From the IMG/VR virus record IMGVR_UViG_3300030108_003783, positions 69,731-133,730 of that record: DNA of 64,000 nucleotides. One strand, written 5' to 3'. The stretch comes from a virus. Position 1 is the first letter of the stretch. The number at the start of each line of letters is the position of its first letter. The notes beneath the pieces were generated by a model. That model did not search any database and was not told where the DNA came from. It worked only from the letters and a program-made list of their open reading frames with translations. Made by a program: the position numbers and the translations under genes. Of the stretch, positions 1 to 8,839 are shown one piece after another.

Positions 1-1
1 A

Positions 2-517
2 TTAAATTATAATGAGTTTGCTTGTTATGATGACAATTCATGTATAGAAGTTATTACAGGTTGTACGGATGTAGCAGCATACAATTATAATCCAATAGCA
101 AATGTTTCAGATTCTACAGCTTGTTTATACGATGCAGGATGCTACGGAGGACCAGGTATACCTTATTGGTTAAACGATGGATGTTATGCTTGGGTAATAG
201 ATGTAGACTCTTATTGTTGTACTGACGAATGGGATGCATCATGTCAATCAATGTATGATTATTGTCAATTAGGCTGGCCAACATCAATAGATGAATTAGG
301 AGATAAAGCAATTATGATTTATCCAAACCCATCTAAAGATATTTTCAATATAGAAACAAGATTAGATATAGAAACAGAAATTTACGATTTAACTGGTAAA
401 AGAATAATATCTACAAAAGATAAACGAATTTCTTTAGCTGGTTATCCTTCTGGAGTATACAATATGATAATTATATACAACGAACTCAGAATAAATAAGA
501 GGGTAATAAAACAATGA
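2..517 (+). CDS. T9SS type-A C-terminal sorting domain protein with Cys-rich GCTD-x-AxNYN repeat (5' partial)
   Basis: Frame is open from window start (LNYNEFACYDDNSC..GCTDVAAYNYNPIAN..) and ends in IYPNPSKDIFNI..IYDLTGK..GVYNMII..KRVIKQ, a typical T9SS CTD. Confidence 0.8.
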   Translation, partial: LNYNEFACYDDNSCIEVITGCTDVAAYNYNPIANVSDSTACLYDAGCYGGPGIPYWLNDGCYAWVIDVDSYCCTDEWDASCQSMYDYCQLGWPTSIDELGDKAIMIYPNPSKDIFNIETRLDIETEIYDLTGKRIISTKDKRISLAGYPSGVYNMIIIYNELRINKRVIKQ

Positions 518-1599
518 GAAAATCGATTTACATTTTAATAGCAATATTAGTTGCATCTTGTGCTGCTCCTAAAAAATGCTGTTCTCAAGACAATAACTTT
601 AAAAAAGAATTAAAAAAAGTATTTAAGTTTTCAACTTTTTATGGTGCAGTAAACGGTGGTAATTCTATTTCAGATGTAGATGTATTCTCTGTTACAAATG
701 GATTACAAACAAATACTGTTAAAACTCCATTCGATTATTCAGTTACATTTGGAGTTAGAAAAATTGCTAGATTAGGTTATGAAAATAGAGCAAATACTTT
801 TTACAATGGAACTGAAAATTCTTTTTCTGATGCTGCTACAATTGGTAAAATAAAAGGTTTTGAATTTTTATTTGAAGGTGAATTAGCAAGACAACAAGGA
901 ATGGAGCTAATTAATCAACAACACTTTTTAAGATATGTTCATGACAAATTCATTATAAAAACAGAATATGTTATGGACGGCTTTGCAGATATAGAATACT
1001 TTGAAGCATCACAAAGATATAGATATAAAATTGGTAAAAAGCTTTCATTTAATATCGGAGCTGTACAAAGATTTGCAGAACCTTATGGGTATGATCCATT
1101 AGAAGAATGGTTATTATCAAATGGAAATTTACATTATACTCAATTAGCATTACAAGAAGGATACACAGTACAATTCGATGGAAACGGTGGTACAGAATAT
1201 TATAATCCATCCGGAGGTTTAGTAGCAGAGAATACTCAAATATGGGAAGGAGTTGTTATACCTCAAGTTTTATCTGATTATGTAGAAAAAGAAAGAAATA
1301 AATTAGATCAAACTTTACAGCATTCAATTGTAATAGGTTTTGATTACTATCATTATACAAAAGACTTTTGGCTCCATTCATGGGGTAACTTAATGCCTTA
1401 TCATTACGATGATGGCGGGGAATTCTCTTATCATAAATTCAACAATAACGAACAATGGTTAGATTATTCAGGCGGATTGATATTTGGATATTATATAATT
1501 CCAAAGAAACTAGGATTATTTATAGAAGGTAAATATAATAAATATTGGAATAGAAACTGGCATGATTTCAGTTTAGGTTTCAACTATGTAATACGATAA
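514..1599 (+). CDS. Putative outer-membrane beta-barrel/exported protein
   Basis: Signal peptide with lipobox-like LVASC; aromatic-rich amphipathic strands; C-terminal FSLGFNYVIR. Confidence 0.55.
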   Translation: MRKSIYILIAILVASCAAPKKCCSQDNNFKKELKKVFKFSTFYGAVNGGNSISDVDVFSVTNGLQTNTVKTPFDYSVTFGVRKIARLGYENRANTFYNGTENSFSDAATIGKIKGFEFLFEGELARQQGMELINQQHFLRYVHDKFIIKTEYVMDGFADIEYFEASQRYRYKIGKKLSFNIGAVQRFAEPYGYDPLEEWLLSNGNLHYTQLALQEGYTVQFDGNGGTEYYNPSGGLVAENTQIWEGVVIPQVLSDYVEKERNKLDQTLQHSIVIGFDYYHYTKDFWLHSWGNLMPYHYDDGGEFSYHKFNNNEQWLDYSGGLIFGYYIIPKKLGLFIEGKYNKYWNRNWHDFSLGFNYVIR

Positions 1600-1611
1600 C
1601 GGGATAAAAAA

Positions 1612-1896
1612 ATGGCTAAAGAATTAAATGAAGATTCAAGTTTCAAAGTAAGTATAAAAACTTTAATTGCTATCGGTATAGCTCTATCAACATTGATTGG
1701 TATGTGGTTTACGCTTCAAGCTGATATAGCAGAAGCAAAGGAATTACCTTTAGCTCCTCCACCAGATGTAACAAGGATGGAGTTCGATATGAAAGATAAG
1801 AATATTAGATTAACTATCGAAAATACTCAAGACGATGTTGAAGAGATTAAAGAAGATTTGAAACGTATTGAAGATAAAATCGATAGACTCAACTAG
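1612..1896 (+). CDS. Single-TM coiled-coil membrane protein
   Basis: One hydrophobic helix, then heptad-like C-terminus. Confidence 0.6.
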   Translation: MAKELNEDSSFKVSIKTLIAIGIALSTLIGMWFTLQADIAEAKELPLAPPPDVTRMEFDMKDKNIRLTIENTQDDVEEIKEDLKRIEDKIDRLN

Positions 1897-1905
1897 GAGA
1901 ACAAC

Positions 1906-2262
1906 ATGAAACTAATTAAATTATTAATAATTTTGTTATTTCCAGTGCTTTGTCACAGTCAATCTGTAAAGACTATAAAAATTAATGGTGAATTAACTAT
2001 TGTGCATTTTAATGCAGATTGGAATTCTGCTAATGATGTAAAATGGTTTACAAAACTTTCTGATGCAAAGAAAATGAACTGCAATATTGCAAAAGATACA
2101 AAAGCTGGTGAAAAATATCAAATAGTTGTTGTTCCAACAATTATTATATTTCATGAAGGAGAAGAAGTAAAACGTTTTCAAGCTGATATTTCTTTTACTA
2201 TGAAAGCCACTAAAGAAGAAGTACAAGAGGAAATAGATAATATAGTATCGGAGAGCTTTTAA
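1906..2262 (+). CDS. Exported thioredoxin-fold protein lacking CxxC
   Basis: Signal peptide; VHFNADWNSAN in place of WCxxC; VVPTIIIF..GEEVKRF; AGGAG RBS. Confidence 0.6.
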   Translation: MKLIKLLIILLFPVLCHSQSVKTIKINGELTIVHFNADWNSANDVKWFTKLSDAKKMNCNIAKDTKAGEKYQIVVVPTIIIFHEGEEVKRFQADISFTMKATKEEVQEEIDNIVSESF

Positions 2263-2477
2263 TGTGGAAATTATTTAAAGATGAAAATGATATAAATGAA
2301 AAAGCAATCGTAGGATTTGCTTCTTTTGTTTTAATGGTTATATTTGCAATTTGCGATTTAATTACTGGATGGTGCGGAATGGAACTAGTAATTAATGAAG
2401 TAATATATAATTCTTTCGTGATAGTCACGTTAGGATCTTTTGGTATAAGTTCAATAGAAAAAATAAAAGGAAAATAA
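2262..2477 (+). CDS. Holin-like two-TM protein
   Basis: 71 aa, two hydrophobic segments, immediately before a putative lysin. Confidence 0.45.
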   Translation: MWKLFKDENDINEKAIVGFASFVLMVIFAICDLITGWCGMELVINEVIYNSFVIVTLGSFGISSIEKIKGK

Positions 2478-3080
2478 ATGTATACAAGAGAACAGGTTGA
2501 AGCTGCCGTAAAAGCTAAAGGGTATAAATGGTTTGAAAATGGTGATTACAATGTTAATATAGTTGGAATCAGAAATATGTCTGTTGGTGACAGAGTAACA
2601 AATAAATTTGATGATCACTTAACAATATCTTATAAAGTAGACGGGGAATGGTGTTATGAAATATTTAATTGCACTACTGATCCAGGTGATGATTGGATGG
2701 ATAAACCAATGCTAGAAAAAGGCTGTGCTATATTAGTACCAGGTCAATACAGAGGTTCACACAAATTAAGATTACACCAGGGAAGATATTTAGCTTTAGG
2801 ACAGCAAAGACCAGTTAAAGTTTATAGAGATAGAGATAAAGATGGTAAATATGATTTTGATCCTTCAACAATAGACGAAGGTTTATTTGGAATCAATATT
2901 CATAGAGCAACTAAACATGCTGGAAAAACTTCTACTTATGTAGATAAATGGTCTGCAGGTTGTCAAGTAATTGCAAGTAACGATGATTGGCATTGTTTCT
3001 TAGATATATGTCAAACAGCAAGAGATACTTGGAATAACAATTTTACATATACATTACTTGAATCTACTGACCTAACTTGA
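2478..3080 (+). CDS. Putative endolysin, YkuD/L,D-transpeptidase-like Cys-His enzyme
   Basis: GINIHRA-x12-WSAGCQV resembles the H..SxGC catalytic motif. Confidence 0.55.
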   Translation: MYTREQVEAAVKAKGYKWFENGDYNVNIVGIRNMSVGDRVTNKFDDHLTISYKVDGEWCYEIFNCTTDPGDDWMDKPMLEKGCAILVPGQYRGSHKLRLHQGRYLALGQQRPVKVYRDRDKDGKYDFDPSTIDEGLFGINIHRATKHAGKTSTYVDKWSAGCQVIASNDDWHCFLDICQTARDTWNNNFTYTLLESTDLT

Positions 3081-3087
3081 TATTTAT
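3078..3087 (+). promoter_or_regulatory. Putative late promoter TGATATTTAT
   Basis: Exact intergenic copies also at 12284, 23281, 31202, 48774, 59016, 63428; variants at 18128, 28415, 29238, 40615. Confidence 0.65.
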
Positions 3088-3105
3088 AACAAAGAGGATA
3101 ATAAA

Positions 3106-3585
3106 ATGGCACAATTTAACGATTCAAAATGGCGAAGAGAAATATTAGAAGGTAAACATCAATTGAAGGAGTTTACTGAATATAACTTTGACCCGATGGA
3201 CATGTACAGTAGAAATACTAAAAATGCAGATAAAGTAGAAAGAATTTTAAAGAAGGCAGGTTTTTCAAAAGTAAACCTTAGGAAAGCTCAAAAGCAAGTA
3301 GTATTTATAGATCAAAATATGCACAGAACTAGAGGAGTTATGTTTGTTCATATCCAATATCATGTAGTTAAAGGAAAAGATGGAAAGACTTATTTCATAC
3401 ACCAAACGCAATATTATCATAGAGATTTTGGAACTGGAGTTGTCAATCTAACTGCAGTGATGGTAGAGGAACAACCTAATTATCCATCTGATAAAGGTGA
3501 AAAATTTATAGGGAGAGCAGTTTTTCTTAAAGATGATTTCTTAGATGGTATAAGAAATGTTGAAGTATTGAAAAGAGCATCATAA
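3106..3585 (+). CDS. Hypothetical protein, possible virion-internal protein
   Basis: GAGGA RBS; N-terminal ILE/LKE segments. Confidence 0.7.
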   Translation: MAQFNDSKWRREILEGKHQLKEFTEYNFDPMDMYSRNTKNADKVERILKKAGFSKVNLRKAQKQVVFIDQNMHRTRGVMFVHIQYHVVKGKDGKTYFIHQTQYYHRDFGTGVVNLTAVMVEEQPNYPSDKGEKFIGRAVFLKDDFLDGIRNVEVLKRAS

Positions 3586-3599
3586 AATAGGAGATTATA

Positions 3600-3881
3600 A
3601 TGAAATTAAAGAAAATAATTAAAGAACATTCTTTAGGAGAATTACCTTCTTCTAAATTGATGAAAATGAAATGGAATCCCGTTACAGATCCAAAACCAGT
3701 AAATGAAAGATTATCTAGACAAGCTTTAGACAGATTAGAAGGGCTTCATAATATAAGAGTAATGAAAACTTTTTTAGCTGCTGGTAAAGATTTAGCAAAA
3801 GAACTTTATGATGAAGGATTTGAAAACGATGAAATTTTAGATTTCTTTTATTACAAATTACAAAGAGCGGGTATAAGATGA
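3600..3881 (+). CDS. Leader-bearing hypothetical protein (MKLKKIIKE)
   Basis: AGGAG RBS; shared N-terminal motif. Confidence 0.7.
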   Translation: MKLKKIIKEHSLGELPSSKLMKMKWNPVTDPKPVNERLSRQALDRLEGLHNIRVMKTFLAAGKDLAKELYDEGFENDEILDFFYYKLQRAGIR

Positions 3882-4672
3882 AAATTTCAAAAATCATAGA
3901 AAATATATTATCAGAAAAGAATAAAGCATTAGACAATAAATCTAAGAAAACTGGTATTGCTTATGGTACATTAAAGAAAGTATACGATAGAGGAATGGCA
4001 GCATGGAATTCAGGACACAGACCAGGCTCAACTCAACAACAATGGGCAATGGGTAGAGTAAATTCTTTTATCACTGGTAAAGGTGGTGCTAGAAAAGCTG
4101 ATGCTGATCTTTGGAAGAAAAGAGGAAAGAGAAAAAAAGAAGGCGTTGAAGAAGCAAACCCTGCACCAAAACCAGAAGATTTCGGAACATCTGAATCAAC
4201 AAAAGAATATGGAAAGTCTCTTAGAAAAATAGCATTAGACAGACAATTAAAAAATATATCTAAAAAAGACAAAGAAACTTTATTGAAAATTGCTAATTTA
4301 ATGGCTAAAGCAAATGAAGTAGAAGTAGATGACGATACAGAATTTAAATTAGATCTTATGCATTTATTAAAAAAGCACGTTTCTAAAGGAGGATCTCCTG
4401 AAGTTGTTAAAGAAGCTACTAATCTTTGGAAACATTTCGATGCAAAAATGAAATTACAAGATACTATCATGGACTTAGAATATGATATGAAGATGATAAC
4501 TAAAGATTTATCTCAACTTTATAAAGATATGGAACAAGAAGCTGAACCAGAAGGTGGCCCTAAAGCTACTAGATATGGTAGAGAAATTGAAAAGAAAGAA
4601 AAAGAATACAAAAGGAAAAAAGCTGAATTTAAAAAGCTTATGGCTAAATTAGAAAAAATGGAAATGATGTAA
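3878..4672 (+). CDS. Leader-bearing modular basic protein (DUF5824-like module)
   Basis: MKISKIIENILSE; LKKVYDRGMAAW..QQWAMGRVNSF module recalled from viral proteins; coiled-coil C-terminus. Confidence 0.65.
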   Translation: MKISKIIENILSEKNKALDNKSKKTGIAYGTLKKVYDRGMAAWNSGHRPGSTQQQWAMGRVNSFITGKGGARKADADLWKKRGKRKKEGVEEANPAPKPEDFGTSESTKEYGKSLRKIALDRQLKNISKKDKETLLKIANLMAKANEVEVDDDTEFKLDLMHLLKKHVSKGGSPEVVKEATNLWKHFDAKMKLQDTIMDLEYDMKMITKDLSQLYKDMEQEAEPEGGPKATRYGREIEKKEKEYKRKKAEFKKLMAKLEKMEMM

Positions 4673-4677
4673 AAATC

Positions 4678-4881
4678 ATGATCCGTTTTACAAATATAAA
4701 AGGTCAACAAAGTATTCAAGAAATATGCGATAATTGTAAAACTGTAATAAAAGGTTTATCCATTTCAGATATAACAGTAAATAAAACTGAAAATGTAAAA
4801 ATATACGATGAATCAGGGAAAGAAATAAAAAGGACAGAAGCAAGACCCAAAATTTATTGCGATGATTGTAAAGATGACTAA
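4678..4881 (+). CDS. Small Zn-ribbon-like protein
   Basis: CDNC...CDDC. Confidence 0.55.
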   Translation: MIRFTNIKGQQSIQEICDNCKTVIKGLSISDITVNKTENVKIYDESGKEIKRTEARPKIYCDDCKDD

Positions 4882-5965
4882 AATAAGAAGAATAATAGAA
4901 TCAATGATAACCGAAGCTCCTTTCGGTTTTAAAGGTGTTCCATTTCCATCAGAAACTCCTAATGAATTTGCATACTTAGATTTTGCTAAGTATATAAAGA
5001 AAAACGAAAAGAAAATGATCAAGTTTCTTAAACCAATGAGACCAGATTCAATGTTTAAAGCTTTACAAAGTTTATGGAAAGAATGGGACAAGAAAACTAA
5101 TAAGGGTGAATATTCTAATATCAGAGGTAATAAGTTTGGTAGAGAATTAGTTAAAATGCTTTGGAAAGATAATTTATTATTTGATAAATCTGGAAATAGG
5201 ATTACAAAATTAAAAGAAGATAAAAAGAAAATAAAAGTTTCTAAAGATTATACAAAAGGGTTATCTAGAAAGAAAAAGAAATACGGTTCCAAAGATGCAA
5301 TGGAAAAGGAAATAGAAAAGTACAGAGGAACTGATACATACAAAAAAGATTGGGATGCTGATTACAAGAAAGATAAAAAGACTGGGAAGAAAACTAGAGT
5401 AAAAACAAAAAGATCAGCAGCATCTAAAGCTTTTGCTAAAATGTACGGAGAAGGTATAAACGAAGATTATTCTCAAAGAGCAAGAAACTTTAGAGTCAAC
5501 CTTAGAATGAGAATGAAAGACCTTAAGATTGGTGGTAAGATAAAAGCTTACAAAATGACCTTTACAAAAGAGGGACCCGATAAATACAGTTGGAAAGGAC
5601 CTCAAAAATGGAAAGCAGAAGCAGTTGTTCAAGCAATTAAAAAAGCAGCTGTCAATGATATAATGAAATGGAAAGGTGGAGCAAGAGGTGCACCTATGGT
5701 AAATGCTTTTCTAAAATTCGAAGGTAAACTAAATGAAAAAGGAAAAGGTCTTTGGCACAATATTCATAAGAAAAGAAAAAGAGGTGAAGCTCCAGCAAAG
5801 AAAGGTACAAAAGCATACAACAAAGCTGCAAAAGCAATAGATAGATTAAAAGAAGAAGCTCCTCCAGGAATGGAAGATGTAGTTTTAGCTTTAAAAAAGA
5901 AAAAAGATATTACTAACCCATATGCAGTAGCTTGGGCAATGTATAATAAAAAAAATAAAAAATAA
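4874..5965 (+). CDS. Leader-bearing, very basic multi-module protein
   Basis: Start at MTKIRRIIESMITE preferred; modules separated by LKE/INE/LNE/LKEE. Confidence 0.75.
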   Translation: MTKIRRIIESMITEAPFGFKGVPFPSETPNEFAYLDFAKYIKKNEKKMIKFLKPMRPDSMFKALQSLWKEWDKKTNKGEYSNIRGNKFGRELVKMLWKDNLLFDKSGNRITKLKEDKKKIKVSKDYTKGLSRKKKKYGSKDAMEKEIEKYRGTDTYKKDWDADYKKDKKTGKKTRVKTKRSAASKAFAKMYGEGINEDYSQRARNFRVNLRMRMKDLKIGGKIKAYKMTFTKEGPDKYSWKGPQKWKAEAVVQAIKKAAVNDIMKWKGGARGAPMVNAFLKFEGKLNEKGKGLWHNIHKKRKRGEAPAKKGTKAYNKAAKAIDRLKEEAPPGMEDVVLALKKKKDITNPYAVAWAMYNKKNKK

Positions 5966-5975
5966 AGGTTCAATT

Positions 5976-6308
5976 ATGATAAAGCTTAAGCATTTATTAG
6001 AAGAACCTAGAATTCCTAGAAAGAAAGGTCAAAAAAGACTTTCATCTAAACACTCAGATTTATATACAGATGAAAACCCAAAAGGAACAATAAAAGGGTT
6101 AAAATTTGCAACTGTTAAAGATGCAGCAGCTTCTGTGAGAAAAATAGACGCTTCTGGTAAAAAGCATGCTCATAAAATTCAAGCTGCTGTTGCAATGGAA
6201 CAAAGAGCTAAAGAAATGGGAAAAGTTTCAGCTGCTGGTGTATACAGAAAGTATATAAATAAAATGAAAAAGATAACCCAAAAAAGAAAAGAAAAAAAGA
6301 ATAAATAA
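5976..6308 (+). CDS. Leader-bearing basic protein (HSDLYTDENPKGT motif)
   Basis: MIKLKHLLEE leader. Confidence 0.75.
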   Translation: MIKLKHLLEEPRIPRKKGQKRLSSKHSDLYTDENPKGTIKGLKFATVKDAAASVRKIDASGKKHAHKIQAAVAMEQRAKEMGKVSAAGVYRKYINKMKKITQKRKEKKNK

Positions 6309-6309
6309 A

Positions 6310-6341
6310 TTTGGATAAGTCGTAAAAATTTATTATATTAA
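6310..6341 (+). promoter_or_regulatory. Bacteroidota-type -33/-7 promoter TTTG-GATAWGTC-N12-TATATT(T/A)A
   Basis: 13 copies with exact 20-nt spacing: 6310, 7394, 8438, 8780, 13457, 15585(TTTT), 15867, 18290, 19107, 20944(TTTC), 22236, 25560, 44684. Confidence 0.8.
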
Positions 6342-6345
6342 TATT

Positions 6346-6873
6346 ATGATTAAATTAAAGAGATTATTACAAGAAGCTAGAAGTTTAAGCGTATTTGATT
6401 TTGACGATACACTTGCTTTTACAGATTCTTGGGTTTATGTAAAAAAGAACGGTGGAGAATATAAATTAGATTCTGCTGAATTTGCTGTACATAAACTAAA
6501 GCCTGGTGAAAGCTACGATTTCAGAGACTTTGATAGAATGTTACGTAACCCAAAGATAATAAAGAAAAATGTAGACCTTCTTAAAAAACAATTGAAAAAA
6601 GTTGGTAGAAGGGTTACAATTTTAACAGCAAGAGCTGTTGGTTTCCCAGTAAAGCATTTCTTTAAAACATTGGGAATAGATGTTTATGTTGTTGCTGTTG
6701 GTTCAGCTGATCCTAAAGTTAAAGCTGATTGGATTGAAGATCATATTAAGAAAGGTTATAATCCAGTTTATTTCATGGATGATTCAGCTAAAAATATAGC
6801 AGCAGTAGATAAATTAAAAAAGAAATATCCAAGAACTAAAATACAAACAAAATTAGTTAAATTTCACAAATGA
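6346..6873 (+). CDS. HAD-superfamily phosphatase with MIKLKRLLQE leader
   Basis: VFDFDDTL motif I, ILTAR motif II, FMDD motif IV. Confidence 0.75.
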   Translation: MIKLKRLLQEARSLSVFDFDDTLAFTDSWVYVKKNGGEYKLDSAEFAVHKLKPGESYDFRDFDRMLRNPKIIKKNVDLLKKQLKKVGRRVTILTARAVGFPVKHFFKTLGIDVYVVAVGSADPKVKADWIEDHIKKGYNPVYFMDDSAKNIAAVDKLKKKYPRTKIQTKLVKFHK

Positions 6874-7409
6874 TAAAGCTTAAAAATATCATAGAAAGAT
6901 TTGCAATAAGATATCCAGATAAAGAGGATATGAAGAAGATTGCTAAAAAATTGAAAAAAGCAAGAGCATCAACAGATTCAAATAAAAAATATCAATATCA
7001 TTTAGCTGAAAGACTTGGTAAGAATAATATAATGGATGTAGTTAAAAAAGTATATCCTCAAATAGTTAAAGATCTTGGTGGTAGAGCAGTAAAAGTAGAA
7101 GTTCATAATAATATATACAAAAGAATGGGTGCTGTTGGAATAGAAGATTTAATGAAAGATAATAACCCATTTGCAGAATACGATTGGGATAGAAATAGAA
7201 TTTATTTATATGCATCAGCAATAACTAATGTTGAACAAATAATAAGATCTTTATTACATGAGCATACTCATACAAAGCAAGATAGAAAGAAATTTAAAGC
7301 TGGATATGATTCTGGTAAATATGATTATGCAACACACCCATATGAAAAGGCTGCTGTAAAATCAGAAAGAAATTGGAAAAAGTACTTAAAATATTTGGAT
7401 AAGTCGTAA
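6870..7409 (+). CDS. Zn metallopeptidase-like protein with MIKLKNIIE leader
   Basis: LLHEHTHTKQ (HExxH) and PYEKAA. Confidence 0.65.
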   Translation: MIKLKNIIERFAIRYPDKEDMKKIAKKLKKARASTDSNKKYQYHLAERLGKNNIMDVVKKVYPQIVKDLGGRAVKVEVHNNIYKRMGAVGIEDLMKDNNPFAEYDWDRNRIYLYASAITNVEQIIRSLLHEHTHTKQDRKKFKAGYDSGKYDYATHPYEKAAVKSERNWKKYLKYLDKS

Positions 7410-7429
7410 AAATTTATTATATTAACATT

Positions 7430-7933
7430 ATGATTAAATTATCAGAAATACTTATGGATACCTTTAAAGGTGAAAAATCAGCAGGAGCTATTATATTTAA
7501 TAGGAATGCAAATGGAATAGAATATTTATTACTTCATGGTGATAAAATAGGATGGTCATTTCCTAAGGGTCATATTGAACCAGGAGAAGCTCCTAGGGAA
7601 GCTGCTATCAGAGAAGTGAAAGAAGAGACTGGTATAACTATAGAACGTTTTATTCCGAATTTCGAAGTTTATTCTCATTACGTTATGACTCACGATTATA
7701 GATTTGACCCACCTAAACCTTTAGATAAATCAGATCAATTTGAAAAGATTGTTGTATATTATTTATCTGAAGTTAAAACAAAAGATGTTACAATATCTCA
7801 TGAGCATGACAATTATACATGGGTATCTCATAAAAAAGCTCAAACGTTATTAAAATTTGGAAATGACCTTTTAACAAAGGCACACAAAAGAATATCAAAT
7901 GAAACCAGAGATACAAGCATATCAAAAAGGTAG
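7430..7933 (+). CDS. Nudix hydrolase (Ap4A hydrolase-like) with MIKLSEIL leader
   Basis: Nudix box GHIEPGEAPREAAIREVKEETG; SHEH..Y.W. Confidence 0.85.
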   Translation: MIKLSEILMDTFKGEKSAGAIIFNRNANGIEYLLLHGDKIGWSFPKGHIEPGEAPREAAIREVKEETGITIERFIPNFEVYSHYVMTHDYRFDPPKPLDKSDQFEKIVVYYLSEVKTKDVTISHEHDNYTWVSHKKAQTLLKFGNDLLTKAHKRISNETRDTSISKR

Positions 7934-8075
7934 AAAGATTATAAGAAGCTGTGAAAATACAGCTCAAATTTTCAATGCATACAATTGGGTATGGTTATAT
8001 AAGAATATGTACGGAGAAACAGATCTTTGGAAAAAATTATACAATTATTGCACACAAAGGAGAAACAGGTTATGA
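7899..8075 (+). CDS. Small hypothetical protein (58 aa)
   Basis: Manual translation MKPEIQAYQKG..RRNRL; fills the gap. Confidence 0.5.
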   Translation: MKPEIQAYQKGRKIIRSCENTAQIFNAYNWVWLYKNMYGETDLWKKLYNYCTQRRNRL

Positions 8076-8142
8076 ATTACTGGACAACTACAACAACTAT
8101 CGGTGATATAGAAGTTATTTATCATATTAAGGAGAATAACTA

Positions 8143-8379
8143 ATGGGATTTCACAAAAGATATATAGATACAGAACAAGTTTGCTATAGATATAGAAATT
8201 ATGGAATGCAAGCTGTATTAGATTGGATGAGATCAGCAGATGCATTAATTTGCACTGATGAATTTACAATGGACTTGACAGATGTATTACATTCATCGGA
8301 AGATAAAATTAAAACTTGGAATAAAGCATCAGAAATGATATCAGCAAAATCTCTGGAAATCGAACAAAACTCTAAGTAA
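8143..8379 (+). CDS. Hypothetical protein
   Basis: AAGGAG RBS, ORF. Confidence 0.7.
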   Translation: MGFHKRYIDTEQVCYRYRNYGMQAVLDWMRSADALICTDEFTMDLTDVLHSSEDKIKTWNKASEMISAKSLEIEQNSK

Positions 8380-8383
8380 CCTA

Positions 8384-8428
8384 TGACAAATTGTCATTAA
8401 AAAACTTTGAAAAATGGACAAATTGTCA
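8384..8428. promoter_or_regulatory. Pair of palindromic operators TGACAAATTGTCA
   Basis: Copies at 8384 and 8416; further pairs at 15541/15563 and 18225/18268. Confidence 0.7.
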
Positions 8429-8496
8429 CCTAAATTATTTGGATATGTCAAATATTTTTCTTATATTTATATATAAATAATAAAACATTAAACACT

Positions 8497-8733
8497 ATGA
8501 CAAAAAAGGAATTAATTTACAAGTACCAATTAGGAAAAGATTATCAAATCGAGCTGAATAACAACATGTTATACTATAAAAGACGTAACGAATTCAACGA
8601 TTTCGATTTAATTAAAGCTACTGAAGCTCCATCGAAAATGTATGGTCATCACGAATTAAAAGAACATGTTCAAGATTTATCTAAAAAAATGGGATTACCT
8701 ATTTTAAATGCTATAACCGGTTCAGCTGTCTAA
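8497..8733 (+). CDS. Early hypothetical protein
   Basis: Follows operator+promoter unit. Confidence 0.7.
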   Translation: MTKKELIYKYQLGKDYQIELNNNMLYYKRRNEFNDFDLIKATEAPSKMYGHHELKEHVQDLSKKMGLPILNAITGSAV

Positions 8734-8734
8734 T

Positions 8735-8765
8735 TGTTAATAACTATTTCAAAAATGTTAATAAC
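8735..8765. promoter_or_regulatory. Pair of TGTTAATAAC boxes
   Basis: 8735 and 8756; also 15822, 15843, 18246, 19072, 20910. Confidence 0.7.
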
Positions 8766-8839
8766 TTCAGTCCAATTTATTTGGATATGTCAATAATTAA
8801 TCTTATATTTATATATAAATAATAACAATCACTACTAAT

